Under the pieces are notes generated by a model. That model had not been told where the DNA came from, ran no database searches, and saw only the letters and a program-made list of their open reading frames with translations. From Octopus sinensis (taxonomy: Eukaryota), in contig NC_042997.1 in NCBI RefSeq assembly GCF_006345805.1, positions 134,168,001 through 134,232,000 on the forward strand: a stretch of DNA of 64,000 nucleotides. Reading direction: 5' to 3'. Made by a program: the position numbers and the translations under genes. Within the stretch, counting starts at the first letter, position 1; each line of letters starts with the position of its first letter. Below are positions 52,345-64,000 of the stretch, one piece after another.

Positions 52345-55300
52345 TACTTTTTTTTCTTCTTTCAAATTTGCTTCCATTTCTTGCCGAGTGTCTTCCCGAC
52401 TTCTAGGGCAAAGAAACTCATAGTATACATTGGTAGGCCATTAAACCAAACTCAATAGTTCGTTCATTTTTGTTTGTTTTTGTTTTTTAAGTTAAATTAA
52501 AATACATGAGCAGCAACAGTTCTCACATCGACAATGCTCTTCTCAATACGTGTGATGTACCAGTTAAGACAATCTTTTGCACTTCTTGCAGGGATGGTAA
52601 GCCAGGGATCATTCTCATATAATTTTCGGTTCCCTTCTTGATCATTCCTAGTGCTCCTACGATCACTGGTATTGTAACCGCTTTGAGATGCCACATTTTC
52701 TCAATTTCAATGAGTAGGCCTTTATATTTTCTGAGCTTGTCAAACTCTTTCGCTGAGATATTATGATCACAGGGGATGCTCATGTCGATCAAAAGGCAAA
52801 CTTTATTGTTTTGGTCTTTCACAACAATATCTGGTTTATTGGCCTTGATGGTTCGGTCTGTATGTACTGGAAAGTCCCACAGAATGGTTACATTTTCTCC
52901 TTCAGTTACAGCCTCAGGGTGGTGATTATACCACTTGTCGGCAGTTTTGATATTGTAATGCCGACTTATTAGCCAGTGTAGATATTGGCCAACTCTGTCA
53001 TGTCTTAATTTATACTTCACTGGTGCTAAGACTTTACATCCAGAGATTAGGTGGTCCACTGTTTCAATCATATCGTTGCAGAATCGGCATTTTGGGTCTG
53101 CTCCATTTTTCATCACATTGGCCTGGTAGTTCCGGGTTAATAGGCTTTGATCTTGAGCAGCCAAGATGAAACCTTCGCTCTCTGCTTTCAGCCCTGAGCT
53201 CTGTAGCCACTGATGGGTTTGCTTCTGGTCAACATCAGCTTGTTTGCTGCGTGCCACATATTTGCCGTGCAGAGGTTTCTCCTCCCACCTATCAGCCCGT
53301 GCGCTTTTTTCGTTGCCATTATTTTCACCTTCTTTGCAACAATAGTTGCCGTACTTCCCTCGGGTTGTTCAGTTTGGGTATCCTGCACGAGATCAATAGC
53401 AAATTTTTTGCTTTCCTTTATGATAGAATGAAGCTTCTTTCGTCTCTCGTGATTTTCCACGAGCTTTAGCATCCAGTCATTTGATATTTCGAGATATTTG
53501 GCCAGTCCAATTGTGATTGTTTTGTAAGCTAGTTCAAATTGGATCAGGCCTCGACCTCCTTGGGCTCTGGGAAGGTAAAGGCGATCTACGTCTGCCTTTG
53601 GGTGGTGCATCCTATTACAACTCAGCAGCTTGCGTATTTTCCTATCTATATTCTTTACTTCACTCATATTCCAGTTCAACACATTGTAGCTATAAGTAAC
53701 AACTGGAACTGCTAAGGAATTTATAGCTAACACCTTGTTACGTGCATTTAGTTCAGATTTCAGGACTGCACGAACTCTCCTATAACATTCCTTCCTGATC
53801 TTCTCTTTCATGCTTGCATGCTGAATACCAGAGCCTTCATTTATCCCTAAATATTTGTATGTTTGTTCTTGCTCAAGCTCTCTTATGACTGTGTCAACAT
53901 CTAACACGACTGAATTTGTGGTCTTCACTTTCCCTTTCTGGAAAGTGGCCTTGGCACACTTCTCAAGTCCAAACTCCATCCCGATGTCATCGCTGAATGC
54001 TTTCACAGTGCGCAATAGGCCTTCAAGTTCATTATTGTCTTTACCATAAAGTTTTAAGTCATCCATATAAAATAGATGGCTTATTTTTTTATTGGCAATT
54101 TTATACCCATACCCTGTTCTGTTTAATTCACTTGTAAGGGGTATTAGGGCTATGCAGAATATTAAAGGTGAAAGTGAGTCACCTTGAAAAATTCCTCAGT
54201 TGATGTTTATATTTTCTGAGGCAAGTACTCCATTAGAGTGGTATAATTGGAGATTCGTATTCCACAACGACATATTGTGCTTCAGGAAGTTTGAAATTAC
54301 AGGGAAAATTTTGAAGATGTCCAGCAATCTCAAGATCCATGGATGCGGTATACTGTCGAAGGCCTTTTTATAGTCAATCCATGCGGAGCTGAGATTTTTG
54401 CGCTTGTTGTGACAGTTTTCAAGGATCATACGATTGATTAGCAGTTGATCTTTGCATCCGCAAGAGCCTCGGCGGCACCCTTTTTGTTCAATGGGGAAAA
54501 TATCGTTCTTCTCCATGAATGCATATGTTTTCTCCGCCAGGATAGATGTTAGGATTTTATACGGGGTGGATAGACAGGTTATAGGCCGATAGTGTTTTGG
54601 AAGGTTGGTTTCGTTATTCTTTGGGAGTAGGTAAGTAATGCCACTTGCTAATCATTCAGGTGTTTTCTTTGGGTCTCTCATAATTCCATTGAGCAGCTGA
54701 ACTAGCTCACCGTGTGCGCATGGGAGCGATGTGAGCCAGAAATTCGGCAACCTGTCTTTACCGGGGGATTTCCAATTATGGGCCTTCGTGAGTGCCTTTC
54801 TTAGGTCTGCTATTGTGATGTCTTCCCATGCTTGTTGTAAATTTTGGTAGGATCCTTCAGTTTGTATAATCTAGTCTGCATTTATGTTGTACGTCTTCTT
54901 GTCACTCCAAATCCTTTTCCAAAAGTTTTGAACTTCTTCCATGAGAGGGGGGTCTTTAATGGTTACTTTCTCCTTCCCTATTTCTCTGTAGAATGTTTTG
55001 GCATTGGATGTGAACAGCTTATTTTGCTTGTAAAACTTGTTTCTCTTCTCAAATCTTCGTATTCTTTGGGCTTTTGCTTGAACTTTTTGTTTCAGCGTTT
55101 CTTTTATTGATATCAGTTCTTCTCTTGGTGAGGATCCAAATTTTCTCTTCATCTTTCTTCCTGTTCTGGATCTTACATCATTTCCACATATTAGTTAATT
55201 TAATATTGATATTTCCCCTCTCATAAATTCAATCTCTTTTTCAATTTTACTTCTCCAGGTTTGATTTCTTCCCAGGTTTGGTTTTCTTTGTTTTTTCGGG

Positions 55301-56270
55301 GGCATACAGCTGGTTTCAATTGCCCTAGCAGAAGCGTAAATAATTTCATTTAACTCAGTAAAATCAGGTTTTAATTCTTGTATTATTTCATTTGTTACAT
55401 AGTTGCCAATTTGGATTTGTTTTTTATTTTGGTTTGTATTTGAGAGTTTATGAAGTGGTTCTCTATCATTCAAACTTGTATGTCTTACAACTTCAAGCGT
55501 ATTCAGGATTTTCTGCCTCATTTCTGCCATAGACTCTCTGTGTTCTTCAGCAAATGCGAGATCTTCAGTTACTGTTGTTTTATCGTTTTCCTGGCAATCT
55601 TTAACAGGTACAATAGAATTTCTTGTATCTTCAGGCTTTTGCGTACTTTGGTCAGATGGCAGTCTTTCAATTAAGCCTCGTGGCGGGCTATACTGTTCAT
55701 CTGATTCTTCATTTCCTTTGTGTCTTATATTTATGTCATTTTCCGTAGCGTGCTTGATCGCGCTTATTTCACTGTCTGTGAGTCTGTTATTTCTAAGGAT
55801 ATCCCTCCTCACAATTGCTAATTTGTTCTCGTCCAAATAGGGCCTACTGTCTTGATACCGTGTTCTCCATATACTGTAAGAGTTTGCGGTGTGTCTCTCT
55901 TGAGATGGCCTACCTAATGCATAGTAATAAGCGTATATTACTTCTTTATACTCTTCTCGGGTCCATTTGTTCCGCCTACATTTTTCTTTCTGTGGTAGTT
56001 GTGGTGGTGAACTTGGAGGGCTCGAGTCGGGGGATTTCCCGTTCAAGTGACCATCCATGTCCGTATTCGGAGAAGAGTGTGTGCCAGTTGATGACTTTTC
56101 GATCGCAGGCTGGCTCTTCCCTGGGGGACGCGCTTCCAGATTAACCATAGGACAAGCGATTTGGTATACTGGTTTAGTTTTCCTTTTAGTTTCCAAAAAC
56201 ATTTTGGTGCTACGATAATGTTATCATTTTTGAGCTTTGATTGGCTCGTGGGGAGACGGCCATCATTGCC
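52345..56270 (-). mobile_element. Near full-length R4/Dong-like restriction-endonuclease-type non-LTR retrotransposon, frameshifted
   Basis: N-terminal RRNKWTREEYKEVIYAYY; RT EQKGCRRG..GCKDQL, AWIDYKKAFDS, YMDDLKLY; CRFC...ETVDHLISGC; RHD; KPDIVVKD..LIDMSIP.D. Confidence 0.88.
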
Positions 56271-56829
56271 GTTACAATTATAATCGTACTATTATAGCAG
56301 CCGTAGTCCGCTTATTATTGTTATTATCATCACCATTATTATCACTATCATCATTATCACCACCATTACCATCATCATTATCATCATCACCATCACCACC
56401 ATCATCATCAATGATATTGTTTTATGTGTAGTCACAGTAGTATCTTATTATTGTTATTTTTGTTTTTTATCATTATCACCATCACAGTAGTGTCTGTCTG
56501 TCTCGTTGGCTGGCTTGGTGGTTGGCTGGCTGACTGTCTTCAACGCCAGAGTTCTTGCCTGTCAAATAATACTTTTATATTTGGTTAACAATAGAGCCAA
56601 GATGAGGTTTGTGTTGGTTGAACTCTTTGAGTGTGTGTGTGTGTGTAGATAAATAGATAGATTATCAGCACTATTACTATCATTATTATCATCATCACCA
56701 TCACCATCAGTGATATTTAAAAAAAATTTTTATTACCCTTATTATTATTATTATTATTATTATTATTGTTCAGGTCACTGCTTGGAATTGAACTCGGAAT
56801 CTTGGGGTTAGTAGCCCACGCTATTATGG

Positions 56830-58230
56830 AGTAAATTTTAGGGCTTATAAATCTAATATTTTTCTATCCTTCCTTAATACCGGTTTCCATATGCTGCTCA
56901 TATCTGCACGCGGTCTGCTTAGGAGGTTGTTGTGTCCTAGCACATGTGTTGCTTCTTTTAGTTTTCGTATTTTCCAGTGATGTTCTCTGTCTATTATTTT
57001 AAATTCACCCCACAGGGGGAGGTGATCTCCATTTTTCCACACATGATCAGCGATACCTGATTTATCAATATCTCCTCATGTCACAGCTTTGCGATGTTCG
57101 TCTACCCTTATTTTGTGGGGGCAGCATGTTTCATCTCTGTATAACCTAACCTAGCTACATGGGATGGAGTACACCAGTCTTTGGTCATATTCTCTTCTAT
57201 TGGTGGTTTTACTCGAAGGAGATATTTGCGAAGTGTTGTATTACTCTTGAATACTGTCCTGATGTCATATGGGCCGCATATCTTTTGTATCTTTTCGGAG
57301 AGGCCTTTCACATGGGGTAAACAGACTGTGGACAGTTTATTGGCCTCATCCTCTCTCTTTTTCATAATTGGAGTGGATAGTATACTTTTGGGGTATTTGT
57401 TGCTTAACAGATCGTCATTGAGCTTGATCATTTCTTAGTGGTGTGTATCACGATCGCTAATTATATTCTTTGCACGAAGTTTTAGGCACTGAGCAATCCC
57501 TCTTTTTACACTCTATGGATGGTGGGAATTGAAGTTGAGGTATCGTCCAGTAAAGGTTGGCTTGCGGTATACGGATGTCCTGAATCCATTCTTGGTGCGT
57601 GCTATTAATACGTACAGGAATGCTAGCTGATTGTCTTTTTCCTTTTCCATTGTGAACTGTATGGATGGCTTTATTGAGTTCAGATGATCTAACAGCACTT
57701 GGACATCTTCATCGTGGGGCCAGAGTATAAAGGTGTCATCAACATATCGTAGCCATAGTGTTGATTTTACTGGTGTTGATCCTAAAGCCAAATTCTCAAA
57801 GTATTTTATGTATACATTGGCTATTACCGTTGATAATGGCGAACCCATAGCTAAACCCTCCTCTTGTCGATATATATATCAGTGTCCATACTTAAGTAGG
57901 TAGTTTCTACACAGAAGGTCAACATTTCCATCAAGTTTCTTATTGGTATACTAGTGCTTTCTTTTAGATGGGTGTCTGTTACTAGTTTTTTTTGCATCAC
58001 CGATAGTGCTTCAACAGTTGGCACTTTGGTGAATAGGCTTATCACATCTAGACTCACCATCTGGTTGGATTCAATGGGAATATCCGTAATCAATTCTGTG
58101 AAGTGGGTGGAATTCTTCACGTACGATGTTGACTTTCTTGTTAATGGACTGATTATATCCACAAGGAAGCGGGTCAGTGGATGACATGCTGAATCAGGGT
58201 TTTGATGCCCGTTCACAAAATCTTCCATTG
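56830..58230 (-). mobile_element. Penelope-like element relic (RT plus truncated GIY-YIG)
   Basis: SLDVISLFTKVP; MGSPLS..IANVY; WLRYVDDTFILW; VYRKPTFTGRYLNFNSHHP. Confidence 0.85.
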
Positions 58231-58689
58231 AATAGTATTTGAAATAGCGAGTTCATATTTGAATAAGTGAGAAATAGGCACAGGTGTTAATGTTTCCATC
58301 ACCCCGCGTACCCAGTGAATTATTAGACACAGCACTCCGCTAAGAAGCACACTCATGTGCTCTCTTTTTCTTGAAGCTGAAATAAATAACTGAAAACCCA
58401 CCATCATTCCTGTCTTACATGCGAACACATCCACACCGTTACACTCGGACGTTATCTTCACTCCCACCAAGAAATGAATACAATAGTAAAGGATCCACGA
58501 GCTGAAACACCATCACGAATGAAAACACCAATAACAATGAAAAAAAGGGCATCGGAAGGGCTATGCATATCCTGTGCGCACACAAGGATAAAATGAAATT
58601 TAATTAAATAATCTCAGACGAATTCATATTTCAGCAAAATGACATCAAGACTTATTTCCCCTGATTATCGTTCATGCATATGTAACAAA

Positions 58690-58900
58690 AGCAACAAACA
58701 AACAAACAAACAAGAAAACCATTTTGATTCACAAAACCAAAATTTAATGAGTTCGAGCCATTCATCCAATGAGCATTTCTGCCAAATTTGGTGAAAACTC
58801 GTTCAGCCGTTTCCCAGGAATTTTGCAAACACACAGACAAACAGATAAAGATGGGCGACTACAATACGCTGCTTTCTCTTACGTGCGCAGGGTAATAACA
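58690..58900. mobile_element. Short HINE/DINE-like non-autonomous element
   Basis: aaatttggtgaaaactcgttcagccgtt core followed by (acag/aaac) microsatellite; interrupts the conserved IL-17 3' flank. Tentative. Confidence 0.35.
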
Positions 58901-59216
58901 GTAATATGATGAACAGCGAGAAGTTATGAATCATATTCAACTGGTTATGGAATTCACATTTTATCGAATTTGTTAAGTGAAACACAGCATGAACTTTACA
59001 TGACAAAAGCAGATATAAATATCTGTTATTATTTAACTGTTAGATGTTTCACTCATTGGACTGCGACCATACCAAACACCTTGAAGTGCTTTAGTCGAAC
59101 AAAGCCACATATGTACTTATGATATATTTCCTTACCTAAGTCTCTTACTTATCCTCTCGGTATCTTTTACGGAATCACTAATCTACAACGACGTAAACAA
59201 CTACCACCTGTGACAT

Positions 59217-59516
59217 TTTTATATATAAAATTAAAGTTGTGTGTGTGAGACTCTGTCTCCTCCGATTTAGATTCCTAACTACTCCCACATTTTGCGGTGC
59301 AGTTTAACCAAAAGCGGGTATCTTATAGTCGTCATTCATATCGAGCCCTTCTGGGTATTAGCGCGCGTCTACAATGAGTATACGACTAAAAAAAAATTAC
59401 CATTTTTCCGCATTTTTAATGATTTTTGCTCGGGTTATATAAGGGAAGTAACTCTCTAAAATGCTTATATAGTTATTTCCCTTACAAACCTTAGCAACGC
59501 CGGGCGATACTGCTAG
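59217..59516 (+). mobile_element. Non-autonomous Helitron-like element
   Basis: 5' tatataaaattaaag+(tg)n start; 3' GC-rich hairpin gcaacgccgggcgatactg then CTAG|T terminus. Confidence 0.55.
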
Positions 59517-59519
59517 TAT

Positions 59520-59600
<81 letters not shown>

Positions 59601-59678
59601 TATGTTTTTATCTATCTATTCATACACACACATTCATTCATACATGTGTACATGCATGCGTATATATATATATGTATA

Positions 59679-59738
<60 letters not shown>

Positions 59739-60039
59739 TATATATATATATATATATTGTTCTATTTAGGAATGGCCATTTTGCCAGTTTAGCCAATAAT
59801 ATGCATGCACACATTCACACACGCACACAGACAGACAGACTCTTACGAATTCACGAAATGTGAACATTGTATCGTAAATTAAGCAGCACGTGGTATTACG
59901 AAAATTTGAAAAACATATTCCAAATCCACCATTGCCTTGGAATTATCTACCTTTTAGGAAAAACTAGATAAGTATCTTTGTATTTTCTGTTATTTACTGA
60001 AAGCTATCATAAATACGCTGCACCTGGAAGGATTGCAAT

Positions 60040-61045
60040 TCCAAATTCACACCCAGTGAGAGACCTGGGCATTTAGATGTGTAATGATGCATCCTTCCAT
60101 GTGTATGTTGCTGAGTTGGCAATGAAATGTAGGCGGCTGACCGGATGGATTCATAGAACTTTTAAAACAAGAGATCAGAAAACCATGATAGAGTCCTCTG
60201 GAAGACATTTGTCCTAAGCCGCTTTGACTATTGCTCCCAGCCATGGTCACCAACGACGCTACATCGAAGATAACCTTTATGCAACATATAAGCTACAGGG
60301 AAAGACTCAAGAGATTGAAACTCTATCCCCTGGAGTGTAAGAGGGAAAGACATACCTATTTCTTTACTACCCTCAAGGGGCTAAACACAGAGGGGACAAA
60401 CAAGGACAGACAAACGGATTAAGTCGATTACATCGACCCCAGTGCGTAACTAGTACTTAATTTATCGACTCCGAAAGGATGAAAGGCAAAGTCGACCTCG
60501 GAGGAATTTGAACTCAGAACGTAACGGCAGACGAAATACGGCTACGCATTTCGCATGGCGTGTTAACGTTTCTGCCAGCTCGCCGCCTAAGCGGGAAAGA
60601 CATACCGTAATATACACCTAGAAGATCTTGGAGAGGCTTGTCCCAAACTTTGGCATTGAGAGTTACACTATCGCTAGAACGGGGTGCCACTGCATAGTGT
60701 CAAAGACTCGAACTTTACCATCAAAATACAGGACAAGATATTGAAATAGCCTGGGCTTTAGGGGACCACAGCTCTTCAATATCCACCCGAAGGACCTGGG
60801 AGACCTACAAGGAGTAGATGTAGATGTCTTCAAAACGAAACAAGATCTCTTACTGTCAAGAGTCCCAGATGAACCAACTTCACAGCTAGAAGTGCAAATG
60901 AGGGCAGCGGCATCAAACTCCCTCATGCACCAAATGGCAAGTTCTAGAAAGAATTAGTGAAGTAAAAATTACGTAGCAACACCAAATGGGGGTGCCCCGC
61001 ATGGCCACACCTCGTGAGCTGAAACTAGTTCAATTCAATTCGATT
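60040..61045 (+). mobile_element. Decayed CR1/L2-group LINE 3' fragment split by a SINE
   Basis: Similar to 8620-9300 (ISYRERLKRLKLYPLE; tail ctcgtgagctgaaacta). Confidence 0.72.
60357..60587 (-). mobile_element. SINE family A with 19-bp target-site duplication
   Basis: TAAG(A/C)GGGAAAGACATACC at 60338-60356 and 60588-60606. Confidence 0.85.
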
Positions 61046-61541
61046 CAATTCATATATGTACACACACGGAGAGCTTTCACACAGTTTCTGTCTATCAAAA
61101 CGTAAAACAAATAGAAGAACGCTACCAAGGCCGATGGGATTCAAACATGAGGGTAAATTACTGCTGGAGCTTGAGGAAAGATTTTCCAGAAGCACAAGAG
61201 ATAGTCAAAAAGAGGAAATTCAGATCAGAATGTATGACCACAATGAATAGAGATTTTGTTTTACGCTTTTACTTGTTTCAGTCATTTGACTGTGGCCATG
61301 CTGGAGCACCGCCTTCAGTCGACCAAATCGCCCCTAGGACTTATTCTTTGTAATCCTAGTACTTATTCTATCGGTCTCTTTTGCCGAACCGCTAAGTTAC
61401 GGGGACGTAAGCACACCAGCATCGGTTGTCAACCTATGTTGGAGAGACAAACACGGACACACAAACATATACACACATACATACATACATGCATGCATAC
61501 ATACATACATACATACCTACCTACCTACCTACATACATACA

Positions 61542-61603
<62 letters not shown>

Positions 61604-61612
61604 CATACATAT

Positions 61613-61650
<38 letters not shown>

Positions 61651-62200
61651 ATACGACGGGCTTCTTTCAGTTTCCGTCTACCAAATCCACTCACAAGGCT
61701 TTGGTCGGCCCGAGGCTACAGTAGAAGACACTTGCCCAAGGTGCCCCGCAGTTGAACTTAACCCGGAATCATGTGGTTCGTTAGCAAGCTACTTACCACA
61801 CAGCCACTCCTATTCATATTTCACCAAACTTAATTCTTAAATGCTAAAATGTAATTACTCCCACAACTTTGTGTTTTGATTTATTACATTATGTCTATCA
61901 AAAATTATGTAATTCTTCGCTTATGAGCATCAAATATCTGTTTCTAGCACAGCTAAAAGATTTTATATCTCAAAAATCTGACGTGGTAGACAAAATCTGA
62001 TGCCAGATTTGGATTCAGTACCCCCTAATTAGTTAAAAACCATTGATAAGCCTTGGGGGTAGAAAACGTGCTGACGGATGTAATAATTCCTGGTGTGCAC
62101 AAGAACAGTGAGAATCCAAATACAAACATGTTCTTAGATAACGAAAATTAACATCGATGAAGAATGTACAAAGAATAGATAGATACGTTTTTGCCCAGAG

Positions 62201-62532
62201 GGCGGCGAGCTGGTAGAAATGTTAGCACGCTGGGGCGCAATGCATAGCCGTATTTCGTCTGCCGTTAAGTTCTGAGTTCAAACTCCGCCGAAGTCGACTT
62301 TGCCTTTCATCCTTTCGGGGACGATAAATTAAGTACCAGTTACGCACTGGGGTCGATGTAATCGACTTAATCCGTTTGTCTGTACTTGTTTGGCCCTTTT
62401 ATGTTTAGCCCCTTGTGGGCAATAAAGAAATAGGTATTTCGCCTGCCGTTAAGTTCTGAGTTCAAATTCCGCCGAAGTCGACTTTGCCTTTCATTCTTTC
62501 GGAGTCGATAAATTAAGCACCAATTACGCACT
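62201..62532 (+). mobile_element. SINE family A with partial tandem 3' duplication, directly upstream of the copy 5 promoter
   Basis: GGCGGCGAGCTGG... head; homology to the other family A copies. Confidence 0.8.
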
Positions 62533-62580
62533 TTTAAATCAAACAGTTTCCTGCTGTTTTATGAATAGCATTAAACATAA

Positions 62581-62633
62581 GCGGTTTTCGCAACGGTATA
62601 TAATGAGCAAATTAAGGAGAGTCGATATCATTT
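62581..62633 (+). promoter_or_regulatory. Copy 5 core promoter: TATATAA (62597-62603), Inr-like TCATTT; kB-like site absent
   Basis: Aligned by eye to the promoters of copies 3 and 4. Confidence 0.55.
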
Positions 62634-62751
62634 AAAAGCAAATCATATTCAGAAACGAGTAAATTATCTGGCTGCCTTAGTGCCTTACTGACTTACTAGC
62701 CGTATTGCTCTCGCCTTGATTTCTAGTTCAAACAGAACAAACATAACAATG
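62630..62751 (+). other. IL17: First exon of a fifth IL-17 copy (ATG 62749-62751); coding exon expected beyond the window end
   Basis: aacaATG|gtaagtagac with the same 5'UTR, TATA and intron start as copies 3 and 4. 63540-63900 is homologous to intron blocks at 1260-1570 and 38670-39050. Confidence 0.7.
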
Positions 62752-62858
62752 GTAAGTAGACTTCAGTTTAAGTTATCTAGAGAATTTCAGCATGTTACTC
62801 CTTAAGTATTTGTGTGTGTGTATATATATACATACATACATATATATAATATATATAT

Positions 62859-62933
<75 letters not shown>

Positions 62934-63216
62934 GTGTATATAAGTGTGTGTGTGAGAACATAATTATAAAGATATAATTATAATTAAGGGCACTGGAATG
63001 TCAGCGTCTATACGCTAGAAGTAGATGTCAAATGCCTACAATCCACTCTAAATAATTAAATAATTATAAGTATATATATATGTATATTCTTTTACTTTCT
63101 TTTCTTTTACTTGTTTCAGCAGGCTCGAAAAGTTAAAGACTTTTTCTATTCCTGAGCGTTATACTAATACATTTGTTTGTTTTGTACACCAACTGTCTTA
63201 AGTATTTGTGTGTGTG

Positions 63217-63299
<83 letters not shown>

Positions 63300-63317
63300 A
63301 TATATATATATATGTAA

Positions 63318-63355
<38 letters not shown>

Positions 63356-63460
63356 ATGTGAAAGAGATAATGGAGAGCATTTATAGATTGAAGGTCGATC
63401 TATAAATGCTCTAATATCTATACAGCCTTGGCTTTTTTTATCTCATTACGCAAAAAATTC

Positions 63461-63512
<52 letters not shown>

Positions 63513-64000
63513 AAATTAATTATAGATTAATACAGATTATCAAAAACATTATCTATATACGTAAGTATGGCTATTCGGATAAGGAGCTCGCTTTGCGACT
63601 GGGTAGTTGTTTGGTTGAATCCCACTACACGATATCTTAGATAAGTGTCTTTATCTATAGTCTCACAATAAATTGTGAGTGAATTTGCCAGATGGAAACT
63701 GTATGCAACCCGATTGTATACACATATGTGTGTGTGTATGTCTGTATGCTTGTCATATCGCTTGACATTTAGTGTATATTTGGTGACATGCCTGTAACTG
63801 AGCGCCTCGGCAAAGAAATACATGAAATAAAAACCCCACCTTAACAAATATGTACTGCTATCCCATCTTAACCCCAGTATGGCTACAGTCTAATCACTGG
63901 AACGATTGAAAGATTGAAAGAGTCAAAACTATTGAAAAGGTTGCAAGACGCAACGAAAATTTAAAGAAAATAAAAATAAGACAAAAGTGGAAATTTTACC

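Noticed and set aside
54760-54775. kB-like GGGGATTTCC here and near 56030
   Set aside because: Lies inside retrotransposon coding sequence.

Overview
AT-rich, microsatellite-dense eukaryotic DNA, most likely from an octopus or other coleoid cephalopod (inferred from the SINE families, the (TA)n density and the gene content). The backbone is a head-to-tail tandem array of interleukin-17-like cytokine genes, all on +. It comprises a frameshifted duplicate of exon 2 (3178-3710), three intact coding exons (4682-5215, 21003-21536, 49724-50233), a fifth gene of which only the promoter and first exon are in the window (ATG at 62749), and a 'ghost' unit (~36.3-45.8 kb) that keeps flanks and intron but has lost both exons. 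The true gene model is two exons: a short first exon whose only coding bases are the terminal ATG, then a phase-0 intron and one coding exon. The MKIFLILFQ starts in the ORF track are intron sequence. Paralog comparison shows a kB-like/TATA/Inr promoter module (kB-like site deleted in the last copy) and an invariant 3'UTR stem-loop with a Py-Pu-Py triloop of the Roquin/Regnase-1 type. The spacers are filled with decayed TEs (Tx1/L1, R4/Dong-like, CR1-like, RTE, Gypsy, Chapaev-like, Helitron-like, tRNA-SINEs, many Penelope-like relics). At least seven hammerhead-ribozyme folds of different sequence families occur, two of them in small retrozyme-like tandem elements. All alignments and folds were done by eye, so TE boundaries are approximate.
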